DNA of 64,000 nt from a virus, in IMG/VR virus record IMGVR_UViG_3300045919_000631, positions 1-64,000 of that record. One strand, written 5' to 3'. Of this stretch, positions 10,021 to 18,341 are shown in pieces; the stretch's first letter is position 1; the number at the start of each line of letters is the position of its first letter. The translations under genes and the position numbers were made by a program. The notes below the pieces were generated by a model. That model was not told the origin of the DNA and searched no databases. It saw nothing but the letters and a program-made list of their open reading frames with translations.

Positions 10021-10036
10021 ATTTTACGGAAGTTCC
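10021..10036 (-). promoter_or_regulatory. GGAAC-N5-TAAAAT promoter
   Basis: ggaac-ttccg-taaaat. Confidence 0.7.
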
Positions 10037-10704
10037 TATTGAGAAAGTTCTGGAAACAAGTAACGATTAATGTAGATGTTAACCATGTCTTCAGGATAAC
10101 CACATCCCATTAAAAATCGCTTTGTATAAACGTTTTCTTTTTGATTTTTGCAGTAATAGTTATGTTCTGGTATGAAGCTCGAATTGACTACAGTTTTGCC
10201 AACATTTGCTAGATAATAATCCATGCTTTTACAAGCAACATCAATAATCTTATTGAGCTCATCATCTGAACTAACATTACCAGCAGCAATCATAAAAGGA
10301 GAAAATATTCTCTTTCCCCAATCTGGCAATTCCCTATCTTTCTTCCACGTGAGAGGTTTTACTGTCTCTTCAAACCACTTCATCATAAAATGGTCTTTAT
10401 CGCCAGTAATCGAAAAATCGTGAAAGATGCCAGTAATTTTATTGGCGCCAGCCATCAAATCAAATCCATATATTGGAGATGCGTCATCAGTCTTTGGAAA
10501 GATTGTAATATGCATTATCCACATCTTTTTGGATTCACGCACATCCAATACTTGAATATGTGCGCGCCTATACGTATCTGATTTCCAAACTTTATTAAAC
10601 CAATTGAAGGCTTCTAATTGCCGCTCTTCAATTGGTTTACCTGATTTATCTAGCTTAGCAGTTAACTCATCTGCTAAGCTTTGCATTCTGTCAAAAATTG
10701 TCAC
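10036..10704 (-). CDS. ferredoxin-dependent bilin reductase (PcyX/PcyA-like)
   Basis: YRRAHI, MHITIFP, PIYGFD, FHDFS, RELPDWGKRIFSP, YCKNQKEN; coupled to heme oxygenase. Confidence 0.85.
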   Translation of the reverse strand: MTIFDRMQSLADELTAKLDKSGKPIEERQLEAFNWFNKVWKSDTYRRAHIQVLDVRESKKMWIMHITIFPKTDDASPIYGFDLMAGANKITGIFHDFSITGDKDHFMMKWFEETVKPLTWKKDRELPDWGKRIFSPFMIAAGNVSSDDELNKIIDVACKSMDYYLANVGKTVVNSSFIPEHNYYCKNQKENVYTKRFLMGCGYPEDMVNIYINRYLFPELSQ

Positions 10705-11237
10705 GCAATTCGCGCAATAATTTGCGTGTTATAATAAAATGCATCTTTCGCCTCTCCAGCTAATTCAGGCACAGCAAGCTCTCTCATTTTTTGACGAAGA
10801 ACTGGAAGATTATCAAATTCATACCAGAGGCCTGCACCTGGGACTAAAGATTTTAGCATTTGGCCTCCAAACATATCTCCAGCATATCGTACGTAAAAAT
10901 GTGCTTTAATTTTATTAACATCAGTGAGCTCAATAAGATAATTGTAATAATCAATTGTCTCCCAATAAATTTTCGCGGGTGTGCCAACTTTTGCGTTAAT
11001 CTCAGCGAGATCTTTTCTAATGTTTGGAAGGCGTGCAATTCCTGAAAAGTCTGTAAGAATGCCCGCTTTTTCAGCAATAGGCTCAAGCGCTGCATAGACA
11101 AGTGTCATCTGCGTAATATACGCTTGAATTTCTTTTTCTGTCGCTGCTTTAGCAAAAAGCAGCCGCATGAACGGAGTGTTCTCTGCGGCTGCGTGTTCTG
11201 TAGCTGTTAATTCTCTTAAAGATAGTGTATTTGACAT
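10701..11237 (-). CDS. hemO: heme oxygenase
   Basis: LRELTATEHAAAE (proximal His), VYAALE, HFYVRYAGDMFGGQML. Confidence 0.92.
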   Translation of the reverse strand: MSNTLSLRELTATEHAAAENTPFMRLLFAKAATEKEIQAYITQMTLVYAALEPIAEKAGILTDFSGIARLPNIRKDLAEINAKVGTPAKIYWETIDYYNYLIELTDVNKIKAHFYVRYAGDMFGGQMLKSLVPGAGLWYEFDNLPVLRQKMRELAVPELAGEAKDAFYYNTQIIARIA

Positions 11238-11275
11238 ACACTAATTTTAAAGTCTAACTATCAGAAATCAATGAT

Positions 11276-11971
11276 TTAAAGAATACCTTCTTTGATGAGT
11301 CGGTCCATGAGTTTCACGCCAGGGACATTGAAGGAACGGAGCACCTCAATTGCACATTTAATAAGGTCATCTGTATATTCACGACCGGTGTTAGTATCAT
11401 TAATGCAATCAAGAATATCTGAATAGTGATTTCTATCAATGATAGCAATGGCAAGTTCGTTTTCCTCAAGTGACTTAGAGTTCATCTCTTTAAGAACTCG
11501 TGTCAAAGCAGAAATTACCTCATATCGGTTGATGATTATGGATGTCAAAAATGGAGAGAAATCAACATTAGCGTCGATATCAATCCCGCGAAACACTCTA
11601 GGCAAAAGTGTTGAAATCAGTTGCGTGTTAAGCCGAGCTTGGAAACGACTCCCTCTAACGAGGCCGGCGCTTCCAAGCTGAGCCACTGCAATGCGACGAA
11701 GACCTTTAGCGCGATCCTTCTCATCTTTAAACGGTGCGCCATCATTGACTGTAATTTTAAAATCTCGGACACAATTAGCAACACACTTCGGTTGGTCATT
11801 GTGAGGATATCCTAGCGCATAAGCGACTGCGGATTCAACGCACATTTCACCCGGCACTGGTTCTCCTTCAGTGTCTGCAACAAGGCCTGCATCCACGACT
11901 TCAACAACATGGCGAGCTTGAGCCAACGTAATTGGCGCAAACGAATTTTTCTTTAGTTTTTTAGTTGGCAT
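11276..11971 (-). CDS. hypothetical protein
   Basis: 231-aa ORF, MCVESAVAYALG..HNDQPKCV. Confidence 0.7.
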   Translation of the reverse strand: MPTKKLKKNSFAPITLAQARHVVEVVDAGLVADTEGEPVPGEMCVESAVAYALGYPHNDQPKCVANCVRDFKITVNDGAPFKDEKDRAKGLRRIAVAQLGSAGLVRGSRFQARLNTQLISTLLPRVFRGIDIDANVDFSPFLTSIIINRYEVISALTRVLKEMNSKSLEENELAIAIIDRNHYSDILDCINDTNTGREYTDDLIKCAIEVLRSFNVPGVKLMDRLIKEGIL

Positions 11972-12018
11972 ACTATTTTATTTTATAGTTTTTCCCTTAG
12001 TCAATAAGTTAGCTAAAT

Positions 12019-12095
12019 TGGTACCATCGGAGGGGCTCGAACCCTCGACCCTCGGTTTAGAAAACCGATGCTCTGTCCGGCTGAGCTACAATGGT
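12019..12095 (-). tRNA. tRNA-Arg(TCT)
   Basis: cloverleaf, anticodon arm tcggt-ttTCTaa-accga, encoded CCA. Confidence 0.93.
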
Positions 12096-12104
12096 ATAAA
12101 ATTT

Positions 12105-12485
12105 TTAATCAATCTCTCCTTTTTCTTCGATTTCTTCCTCATCCTCTTCGTCGAGTTCTCCAATCCGTTCCAAAGCAAAATCAATTACACCAGAACCTGT
12201 CCCAAACCCATACTCGCCACATTCAAACAATTTCTTCAGTGTTGCTGCCTCTTCGTCAGAAAGTTCTTTGACTTTAAATGAACGAAGCCAATCATTATAG
12301 CCACAAAAAATTATTTGCTCGTTAGTACCAAAATACACTTCTTGTTCTGTATCTCCAACTTTTTCAAAGTACTTTGCGGTAATTTTCTTAATTTCTTCCC
12401 ATTCATCAGCTTCTACAACGTGAAAAAAATCGAGGTCAAACTCATCAGCGTAATTTGTATTTCCAATAATTAGAACTTTAGACAT
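12105..12485 (-). CDS. hypothetical acidic protein
   Basis: 126-aa ORF behind GGAAC promoter. Confidence 0.7.
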   Translation of the reverse strand: MSKVLIIGNTNYADEFDLDFFHVVEADEWEEIKKITAKYFEKVGDTEQEVYFGTNEQIIFCGYNDWLRSFKVKELSDEEAATLKKLFECGEYGFGTGSGVIDFALERIGELDEEDEEEIEEKGEID

Positions 12486-12490
12486 ACCAG

Positions 12491-12506
12491 ATTGTATGGA
12501 AGTTCC
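12491..12506 (-). promoter_or_regulatory. GGAAC-N5-TACAAT promoter
   Basis: ggaac-ttcca-tacaat, ATG 5 nt downstream. Confidence 0.7.
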
Positions 12507-12577
12507 CGCAGGGGAAAGGCTCCCATATTTCTATGAGAGCCTTCATTCGTAGTCCGGAGACAACGCGTGACAGTAAA

Positions 12578-13297
12578 TTAGAACTTCAAGCTATAACCGC
12601 CGCTATAACCTGTGATTTGTCCATTGTTGTTAGTAAAGCCATTGCGATGAACAAAGACACCTGCTCCGAGATCACCATGCTTGGTTACATATCCAACACC
12701 AAGACCACCAGTATAATAGCGCTTTGCGTTCTTATATGCAGCAACTGTGAAGGAGCCAGGATCGTTGAAACCGACGCCAAAGCTTGGGACTACCTTGAAG
12801 CCCTTATAGACAGGGATCCGAACTTTAGTGGTGCCTTCATAATTGACTGAATGATTTTTCGTGTCAAAACGTGCTGTCAGATCAAGAGGAATGATCGTTG
12901 AGTTACCGCTCACTCTGATAAACGGCACTGTATTGTTCTTGAAACCATCAAATGCAGCTGTTCGGCTCACATTCTTGTAAGTTGCTCCAAGCTCTAAATC
13001 AGCAATAGTCGCTACGAATTTGTAGCTTGCTGTGACATCAACTCGCTTGAAAAGGCCAGCCTTAACGGTGGTCTTATTCAAATTAGCTGTATCAATATTG
13101 CTGTAGGTCTCGACACCGACACCAACACCGTAAAGGCTTGTTGATGCGCCTGCTGTCGCAACATTTGTTTCTGTCACAACACCTTGCTCAAGAAGCTTCG
13201 ATGTATATCCAACGTTGGCAGTCACATCGAAGGGAACTCCTGCGAATGCAATGCCGGCTGTAAGCACAAGAAGTGCAATTAGTTTAGTTTTATTCAT
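12578..13297 (-). CDS. outer-membrane beta-barrel protein
   Basis: Sec signal peptide ending AFA, alternating beta-strand pattern, C-terminal YSLKF BAM signal. Confidence 0.8.
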   Translation of the reverse strand: MNKTKLIALLVLTAGIAFAGVPFDVTANVGYTSKLLEQGVVTETNVATAGASTSLYGVGVGVETYSNIDTANLNKTTVKAGLFKRVDVTASYKFVATIADLELGATYKNVSRTAAFDGFKNNTVPFIRVSGNSTIIPLDLTARFDTKNHSVNYEGTTKVRIPVYKGFKVVPSFGVGFNDPGSFTVAAYKNAKRYYTGGLGVGYVTKHGDLGAGVFVHRNGFTNNNGQITGYSGGYSLKF

Positions 13298-13352
13298 ACA
13301 GTCTTATTTAATCACTGTTCCCAACTGCATCAACTTTCAAAGTGGTGAAAAT

Positions 13353-13438
13353 TGGTACGCAAGGAGAGATTCGAACTCTCAAGGACATTTGATCCTAAGT
13401 CAAATGGTTCTACCAGTTTCCCTTTCGTCCACTTGCGC
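13353..13438 (-). tRNA. tRNA-Leu(TAG), enlarged D-arm
   Basis: tttga-ctTAGga-tcaaa, T-arm gagag-ttcgaat-ctctc, CCA. Confidence 0.85.
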
Positions 13439-14059
13439 AAGTAAAAGTTTATCTATTCGTTTGTAATAACTGCCATAATTGCTTGGTATTTTTAATTCTC
13501 TTAAAGTGTCTTGCATATTAAAGTTGTTTTTCTTGTACGTGTGGATTAGATCTTCATCGGATACTCGAAGTTTACAATTTTTTTGCTTTTTGCGGCGGTA
13601 TGTTGGTGTTTGAGCATGGCAATTCGGGCATAATCGTCTCAAGTTTTTAATTCTGTTGTCAGATCTAATTCCATTTATATGGTCAGTTTCCAGCGGAATT
13701 GGAAAATCGTTCCAAGCTGATAACCCGCAACCACCGCACTGATCAGGCCAGTGAAGCACTTCTGTTAAATGACGCTTAATAACACTGCCACCAATATTAG
13801 AATTTGCTGTGAATACGGTTGGATCAGCATATTGTGAGTATTTACCGGGCTTGATTAAGGCTGTTACTCCTTTATGCTGTGGATTGCCAGCATAATTAAT
13901 GCCAAGCTCAGCATTATATTTCATCCATGTTCCATGTGATATGCCTAGCTTTCTTTTAATTTCAAAATTAGAGATTGTATTGTTTGACTCTTCAATCCAT
14001 CTAATAATTTCAGCTTTTCTGGCGGATATCTTTAATCTTTTTCCTTCTCTGGTAGTCAT
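13400..14059 (-). CDS. HNH homing endonuclease
   Basis: CGGCG..LETDHINGIRSDNRIKNLRRLCPNCH; perfect TATAAATA at 14068-14075. Confidence 0.9.
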   Translation of the reverse strand: MTTREGKRLKISARKAEIIRWIEESNNTISNFEIKRKLGISHGTWMKYNAELGINYAGNPQHKGVTALIKPGKYSQYADPTVFTANSNIGGSVIKRHLTEVLHWPDQCGGCGLSAWNDFPIPLETDHINGIRSDNRIKNLRRLCPNCHAQTPTYRRKKQKNCKLRVSDEDLIHTYKKNNFNMQDTLRELKIPSNYGSYYKRIDKLLLAQVDERETGRTI

Positions 14060-14079
14060 AGCTCATATATTTATATCAC

Positions 14080-14102
14080 GACTACCGTTACACCATACGC
14101 CC
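14080..14102 (-). pseudogene. orphan 5' tRNA fragment
   Basis: gggcgta-tggtgtaacggtagtc = acceptor 5' strand plus D-arm, no matching 3' half. Confidence 0.55.
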
Positions 14103-14380
14103 TAAAAAATACTGTTCTTATTGGAGATCTTGTATTCAATAATAGTCCCAGTCGTGTTAATCGTCAGAGTTTCGCCTTTTAATAAAGATTGAATTGCATC
14201 TCCTTGCGTTAAATTCAAATAACTCCAGCATGTTGGAGGATTCGCTTTTAAGTATCTAAGACTTAGTAAAAACTCTAACGCTCCGGTGCATGGAAATGTT
14301 GTCTTGCAAATAACACTGAGATTATTTTCTATATCTTCTTCTATCGCATCAATCCCGTTCAAAAAATCAGCATCGTTCAT
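14102..14380 (-). CDS. hypothetical protein (FLxGxDAIE N-terminal family)
   Basis: MNDADFLNGIDAIEED. Confidence 0.65.
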   Translation of the reverse strand: MNDADFLNGIDAIEEDIENNLSVICKTTFPCTGALEFLLSLRYLKANPPTCWSYLNLTQGDAIQSLLKGETLTINTTGTIIEYKISNKNSIF

Positions 14381-14382
14381 AA

Positions 14383-14652
14383 TTAGAATCTTTTGTATCG
14401 TATAATTTTAAGACCTTCAATTTTTCTGCCTATATGATCTAATTGCATATCAATTGTGACTGTCTCTCCTCGGAGGAGTGCTTCTCGTCTTCTATCAATA
14501 TCAAAGGTTGGCCAACATCTAATCATATCGCCAAGCAAAAAAAGTTCAATATGATGCACTTGATTATCATCATAAATCAGCTCTTGAGTAATTAGCAATT
14601 TGTCGTTGATTTCTTTTTCAAGAGCATCAACCCCAGCTAAGAAATCGTTCAT
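14383..14652 (-). CDS. hypothetical protein (FLxGxDAIE N-terminal family)
   Basis: MNDFLAGVDALEKE. Confidence 0.65.
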   Translation of the reverse strand: MNDFLAGVDALEKEINDKLLITQELIYDDNQVHHIELFLLGDMIRCWPTFDIDRRREALLRGETVTIDMQLDHIGRKIEGLKIIRYKRF

Positions 14653-15842
14653 CCTTTTGAATTAGCAAAATCTCCAGGACCATCTTCTTCATCTTCAGAA
14701 GAGTCTTTAAACTTATCTTCTGATGCATCGTTGTATGCATCCCATTGAGCTTGAGCTTGGCTAATTAAGCTCTTGAAAAGATTAGCAGATTGATTATTAT
14801 TCTGCATGGCAAGCTTAATTGTTGCAGCGTCTTGTTGAAGAAGTAGCTTATAAACAAGAGGCAACAGCTTCATATCTTTTTGCGGGACATGCGTTGCTAG
14901 ATTTGTGTATAGAGCTGGACCACTCATAATATCAGTAACTTCATCATCAACAGTCTCTTTATCGAGATTTGACTGAGAAGTGACATCCATTGAGAGATAA
15001 TCGTAAAGACCTTTTACAATTTCATGAACAAGATATGGGAAGAATGGAGCTTTTGCATTGATGACATATCCATTTCCTTCAGGCTCAACTTCTTCAGAGC
15101 CCATTGCCATATCATTGAGCATTTCTTTTGGAATTTGTTGATGTGGCGTTGCATAGTATACTGCTTGAACAATGACAGCTAAAGCACCATAAGCTTTTGT
15201 AAGCTCAGGAGAAATGTGGTCGAGTTGATCGCTAATCAGCTGAAAGAGATAAAGCTTATTAACAGCGTTGCCTTGTGTAATTAAATTTGCAAATTGTCTC
15301 TTCAATGAAGATTCATCAACATCAGCTAATACATCAGCAAGCTCTAAATTAATTTTTTCAGCCTCTGTCAAATCATCAGGGCCTTGAGGTTGCTCTTCGG
15401 CAAGCTCTTTTTCTTGTTCAGTGATTGCATTATCGAGATTTGCAGCTGTTAATTGTGCATCAATTCGAATTGCACCTTTATCAATTAACTCTTTAAACAT
15501 CGCAAACTCAGGCAAATCTAAGACAACTTGCACAGCCAAGTGTTCAAGCTGCTCTTCATGGCCTTGTTGCAATTGTCCAGCTTTACGAATCGCTCCCATC
15601 ACTGTTTGAAGCAGCTGTGGTAATTGAATTTGACTTGCTGGCTTACCGAGATAGTGCTCAAGACGCTGAACCGTTTTCTTATAGCTTTCACTCGTTACGA
15701 GCTCCAGATAGCGCTGACCATTTGGTCCAGGCTCTGGCATAATTTCTTCAACAGGAAGCGGCTTTTTATAAAGAGCTTGCTTACTCTTATGAAAGAGGTT
15801 TGGAGCACCGCTTGTATCGATTGCTTCTTTAAAAGTTTTCAT
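14649..15842 (-). CDS. hypothetical protein, probable virion/head protein
   Basis: 397 aa, MKTFKEA N-terminus, zincin-like LVHEIVKG lacking the second His. Confidence 0.7.
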   Translation of the reverse strand: MKTFKEAIDTSGAPNLFHKSKQALYKKPLPVEEIMPEPGPNGQRYLELVTSESYKKTVQRLEHYLGKPASQIQLPQLLQTVMGAIRKAGQLQQGHEEQLEHLAVQVVLDLPEFAMFKELIDKGAIRIDAQLTAANLDNAITEQEKELAEEQPQGPDDLTEAEKINLELADVLADVDESSLKRQFANLITQGNAVNKLYLFQLISDQLDHISPELTKAYGALAVIVQAVYYATPHQQIPKEMLNDMAMGSEEVEPEGNGYVINAKAPFFPYLVHEIVKGLYDYLSMDVTSQSNLDKETVDDEVTDIMSGPALYTNLATHVPQKDMKLLPLVYKLLLQQDAATIKLAMQNNNQSANLFKSLISQAQAQWDAYNDASEDKFKDSSEDEEDGPGDFANSKG

Positions 15843-16078
15843 TTAGCCAAATTGCGGCGTTTTGCTTTGAAGAGGGTTACATCCTTTTCTTCATCCTCAC
15901 TCTTTGCAAGAGCTTTGGGGCGAGGTGTTATACCTGGCTTTGTGGGCTGCAACGGATGTGGTGTTGCTGGTCGCGTTCCTGGCGTTGCAGGCGTGCGCAC
16001 TGGTGTCTTTACAGGAGGTGGTAGTGTTTGAGGCATTTCTTTTAGAAGATTCTTGACAATGCTATCGTAGGTAAACAT
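15839..16078 (-). CDS. Pro/Thr-rich small protein
   Basis: 79 aa, TAAATA upstream. Confidence 0.65.
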   Translation of the reverse strand: MFTYDSIVKNLLKEMPQTLPPPVKTPVRTPATPGTRPATPHPLQPTKPGITPRPKALAKSEDEEKDVTLFKAKRRNLAK

Positions 16079-16130
16079 TAAAATATTTAATGCTATTTAG
16101 CCAATAATAGAGATTTTCCTTTTGAGAAAT

Positions 16131-16206
16131 TGGGGTGCCCAAGGAGGATTGAACTCCCTCTCCAAGCTCCACAGGCTAGTGTGCAAACCAATACACTATG
16201 AGCACC
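16131..16206 (-). tRNA. tRNA-His(GTG)
   Basis: ctGTGga loop, G-1/C73, CCA. Confidence 0.92.
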
Positions 16207-16216
16207 ATAAAGTTCA

Positions 16217-16420
16217 TACACTGTTATATCAGCCTGAACGCGCGCCGTGGAACTGGGTGATATGTTTAGCCTCTTGTGGCTCCTATTTGTTACCAAATAT
16301 AGCAGTGTAAAGGTTAGCCGCTAAGCCAGCCAGAACGGTTTCTCAGGACGTATATTTTACAGCAATGGTTTGTGCTCACTGGATCATAATATAATGACCT
16401 ATACGCTTAGCCCTGAGAAA
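16217..16420 (-). ncRNA. unclassified structured RNA(s)
   Basis: closing stems tttctcagg/cctgagaaa and tacactg/cagtgta, between two tRNAs. Confidence 0.55.
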
Positions 16421-16422
16421 GT

Positions 16423-16497
16423 TGGAAGACCGGGACGGAATTGAACCGACGAATAACAGGTTTGCAAGCTGCTGCCTAACCATTCGGCATCCGGTCT
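16423..16497 (-). tRNA. tRNA-Cys(GCA)
   Basis: ttGCAaa loop, U73, CCA. Confidence 0.9.
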
Positions 16498-16502
16498 AAA
16501 AA

Positions 16503-16577
16503 TGGTGCCTCCACTGTGAATCGAACACAGATTGACTGATTCGTAATCAGTTATTCTATCCATTGAAATATAGAGGC
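16503..16577 (-). tRNA. tRNA-Arg(ACG)
   Basis: actga-ttACGaa-tcagt. Confidence 0.92.
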
Positions 16578-16586
16578 TCAAAAAAT

Positions 16587-16663
16587 TGGTGGAGATGGTA
16601 GGACTCTAACCCACAGTTATAACTCGTTCGAAGCGAGGTCGGCTCTACTTTGCCAGCATCTCC
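16587..16663 (-). tRNA. tRNA-Arg(TCG), atypical D/T loops
   Basis: ctcg-ctTCGaa-cgag, acceptor ggagatg/catctcc, CCA. Confidence 0.7.
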
Positions 16664-16668
16664 AAAAT

Positions 16669-16744
16669 TGGTGCGCAAGGAGGGACTTGAACCCTCAGAA
16701 TCAGCCTTCTCAGAGCTGCGGCTATACCGTTCGCCTACAAGCGC
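16669..16744 (-). tRNA. tRNA-Leu(GAG), short variable arm
   Basis: cagct-ctGAGaa-ggctg. Confidence 0.82.
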
Positions 16745-16749
16745 AAAAA

Positions 16750-16977
16750 TTAACGACGTCTGTGATAATGACCATACCATCCAATATCAGCACGCCAAAA
16801 AATGAATGGTGCAGGATAGTAATACTGAGGTTGCGCAACAATAATATTTAGCGCACATTCAGCAGAGGGCATTGGTTGATAGCTGACTTGCTGATACACG
16901 ACCGGTACCGGCTGATGAACGGGAGCAGCAACGCAACCACCGAGAAATAAAGCTGCAATAAGAGTTAAGTATTTCAT
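16750..16977 (-). CDS. small lipoprotein
   Basis: MKYLTLIAALFLGG-C lipobox. Confidence 0.7.
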   Translation of the reverse strand: MKYLTLIAALFLGGCVAAPVHQPVPVVYQQVSYQPMPSAECALNIIVAQPQYYYPAPFIFWRADIGWYGHYHRRR

Positions 16978-16985
16978 ACGTAATA

Positions 16986-17195
16986 TTATTTAATTTCCCA
17001 CTCTAACCGAATATCAGTCCATGTTGGAGGGCAATAACAATAACCATCGCCATGATCCGCGCAACAGCCAACGTACTCCATTTTAACAGTAACTTTACTT
17101 AAATCTGTAACACCTTTTTCTTTAAGGCTTTTAATAAGATTTTCTATGCTGCAGCCTTCAGCGTCTGTTAGAGATAGTGTATCAACTTTTTTCAT
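16986..17195 (-). CDS. small Cys-containing hypothetical protein
   Basis: 69 aa, GCC...YCYC. Confidence 0.6.
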   Translation of the reverse strand: MKKVDTLSLTDAEGCSIENLIKSLKEKGVTDLSKVTVKMEYVGCCADHGDGYCYCPPTWTDIRLEWEIK

Positions 17196-17199
17196 AAAT

Positions 17200-17275
17200 T
17201 GGTGCGGTCACTTGGACTTGAACCAAGACCAGCTGTTTAGGAAACAGCAACTCTTTCCAATTGAGCTATGACCGC
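17200..17275 (-). tRNA. tRNA-Arg(CCT)
   Basis: gctgt-ttCCTaa-acagc. Confidence 0.92.
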
Positions 17276-17280
17276 GTAAA

Positions 17281-17405
17281 TGGAGTCGGATAGCGGAATC
17301 GAACCGCCTGTACTTCGAAGGTACGATCACCGTAGGCTTAATACCAACCAGGAGAGGCGTAAATGGTGCCTCTGAAGAGAATCGAACTCTATCTCCATAC
17401 CCGAC
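17281..17405 (-). ncRNA. two-headed tRNA-like RNA
   Basis: two TTCGATT T-loops, two acceptor-like stems, each followed by NCCA. Confidence 0.65.
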
Positions 17406-17411
17406 ATAAAT

Positions 17412-17495
17412 TGGTGCCCAAGGTGGGACTCGAACCCACAAAACCGGAGATTTTAAGTCTCTAAACTGTGCCATTCGCTATAAGGTCACAAGGGC
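17412..17495 (-). tRNA. tRNA-Leu(TAA), enlarged D-region, short variable arm
   Basis: gaga-ctTAAaa-tctc, T-arm gtggg-ttcgagt-cccac, CCA. Confidence 0.8.
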
Positions 17496-17501
17496 AAAAA
17501 A

Positions 17502-17586
17502 TGGTGCCAGAGGTCGGACTCGAACCGACACGCCTTTCAGCGACTGATTTTGAGTCAGTTACGTCTACCGATTTCATCACACTGGC
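17502..17586 (-). tRNA. tRNA-Leu(CAA)
   Basis: actga-ctCAAaa-tcagt, long variable arm. Confidence 0.93.
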
Positions 17587-17592
17587 ATTAAA

Positions 17593-17680
17593 TGGCGGAA
17601 AATGATCGCATCGAACAATTACGGTTTTTGCCGTACTACTGATTTCAAGTCAGTTTGAGGAGCCAACCTCAGCATCTTCC
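17593..17680 (-). tRNA. tRNA-Ser(TGA), possible 8/4 fold
   Basis: actga-ctTGAaa-tcagt, long variable arm, G73. Confidence 0.85.
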
Positions 17681-17766
17681 AAAAATTGTTGTAAATTTTT
17701 TGAACATCTCTAATGAACTCTGCATTAAAATATTTAATCATATGCATTAAAACATTCAAGTAAAAT

Positions 17767-17856
17767 TGGCGGAGAGCAGGGGACATGATCCACAACCCAT
17801 TTAAGGATCTCATCGTTTAGCAAACGAGCCTAGTATGCCTATCTAGTTTACTCTCC
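17767..17856 (-). tRNA. tRNA-Ser(GCT)
   Basis: tcgt-ttGCTaa-acga, long variable arm, G73. Confidence 0.85.
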
Positions 17857-17865
17857 AAAAATTTA

Positions 17866-18114
17866 TTACGCCATCACTTTGTCTTTTAATCGACGAGCAA
17901 TGCTGTAGTGTTTATTAAACTCGTTAGTTAACTTTTCACTACGAGCAATCTTTGCAGCCTGTGCATGAAATGTATAAAGAGCTCTCGGATCTTTACAATT
18001 CTCAATGCCAGGTACACTATTAACAAAATTGTGATAATCGTTCTCAGAGTCAAGCGCGGCTCTATTAATTGCAGCAACGCTTAAGATGTTATTTACAGCT
18101 TCGTTAAAGGTCAT
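17866..18114 (-). CDS. hypothetical protein, possible internal head protein
   Basis: MTFNEAVNNIL N-terminus, TAAATA upstream. Confidence 0.65.
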   Translation of the reverse strand: MTFNEAVNNILSVAAINRAALDSENDYHNFVNSVPGIENCKDPRALYTFHAQAAKIARSEKLTNEFNKHYSIARRLKDKVMA

Positions 18115-18266
18115 GTAATTATTTATTTCTTCTTAAAGCGCTTCCAGAACTTTGATTTCTCGATTAATAGCGCAATGCCATCAACAACAAGCTCCCAAAG
18201 AACAGCGCCGCCAAATTTGACGAATAGGGTAATGAGTAGGGTCCACATCCATATATTTAATAAAAT

Positions 18267-18341
18267 TGGTGCAGCGCCAGGGTATCGAACCCTGTCCTCA
18301 AGTTTGGAAAACTCACATGCGTCCATGAACACCTGCGCTGC
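18267..18341 (-). tRNA. tRNA-Gly(TCC)
   Basis: tgagt-ttTCCaa-acttg. Confidence 0.9.
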
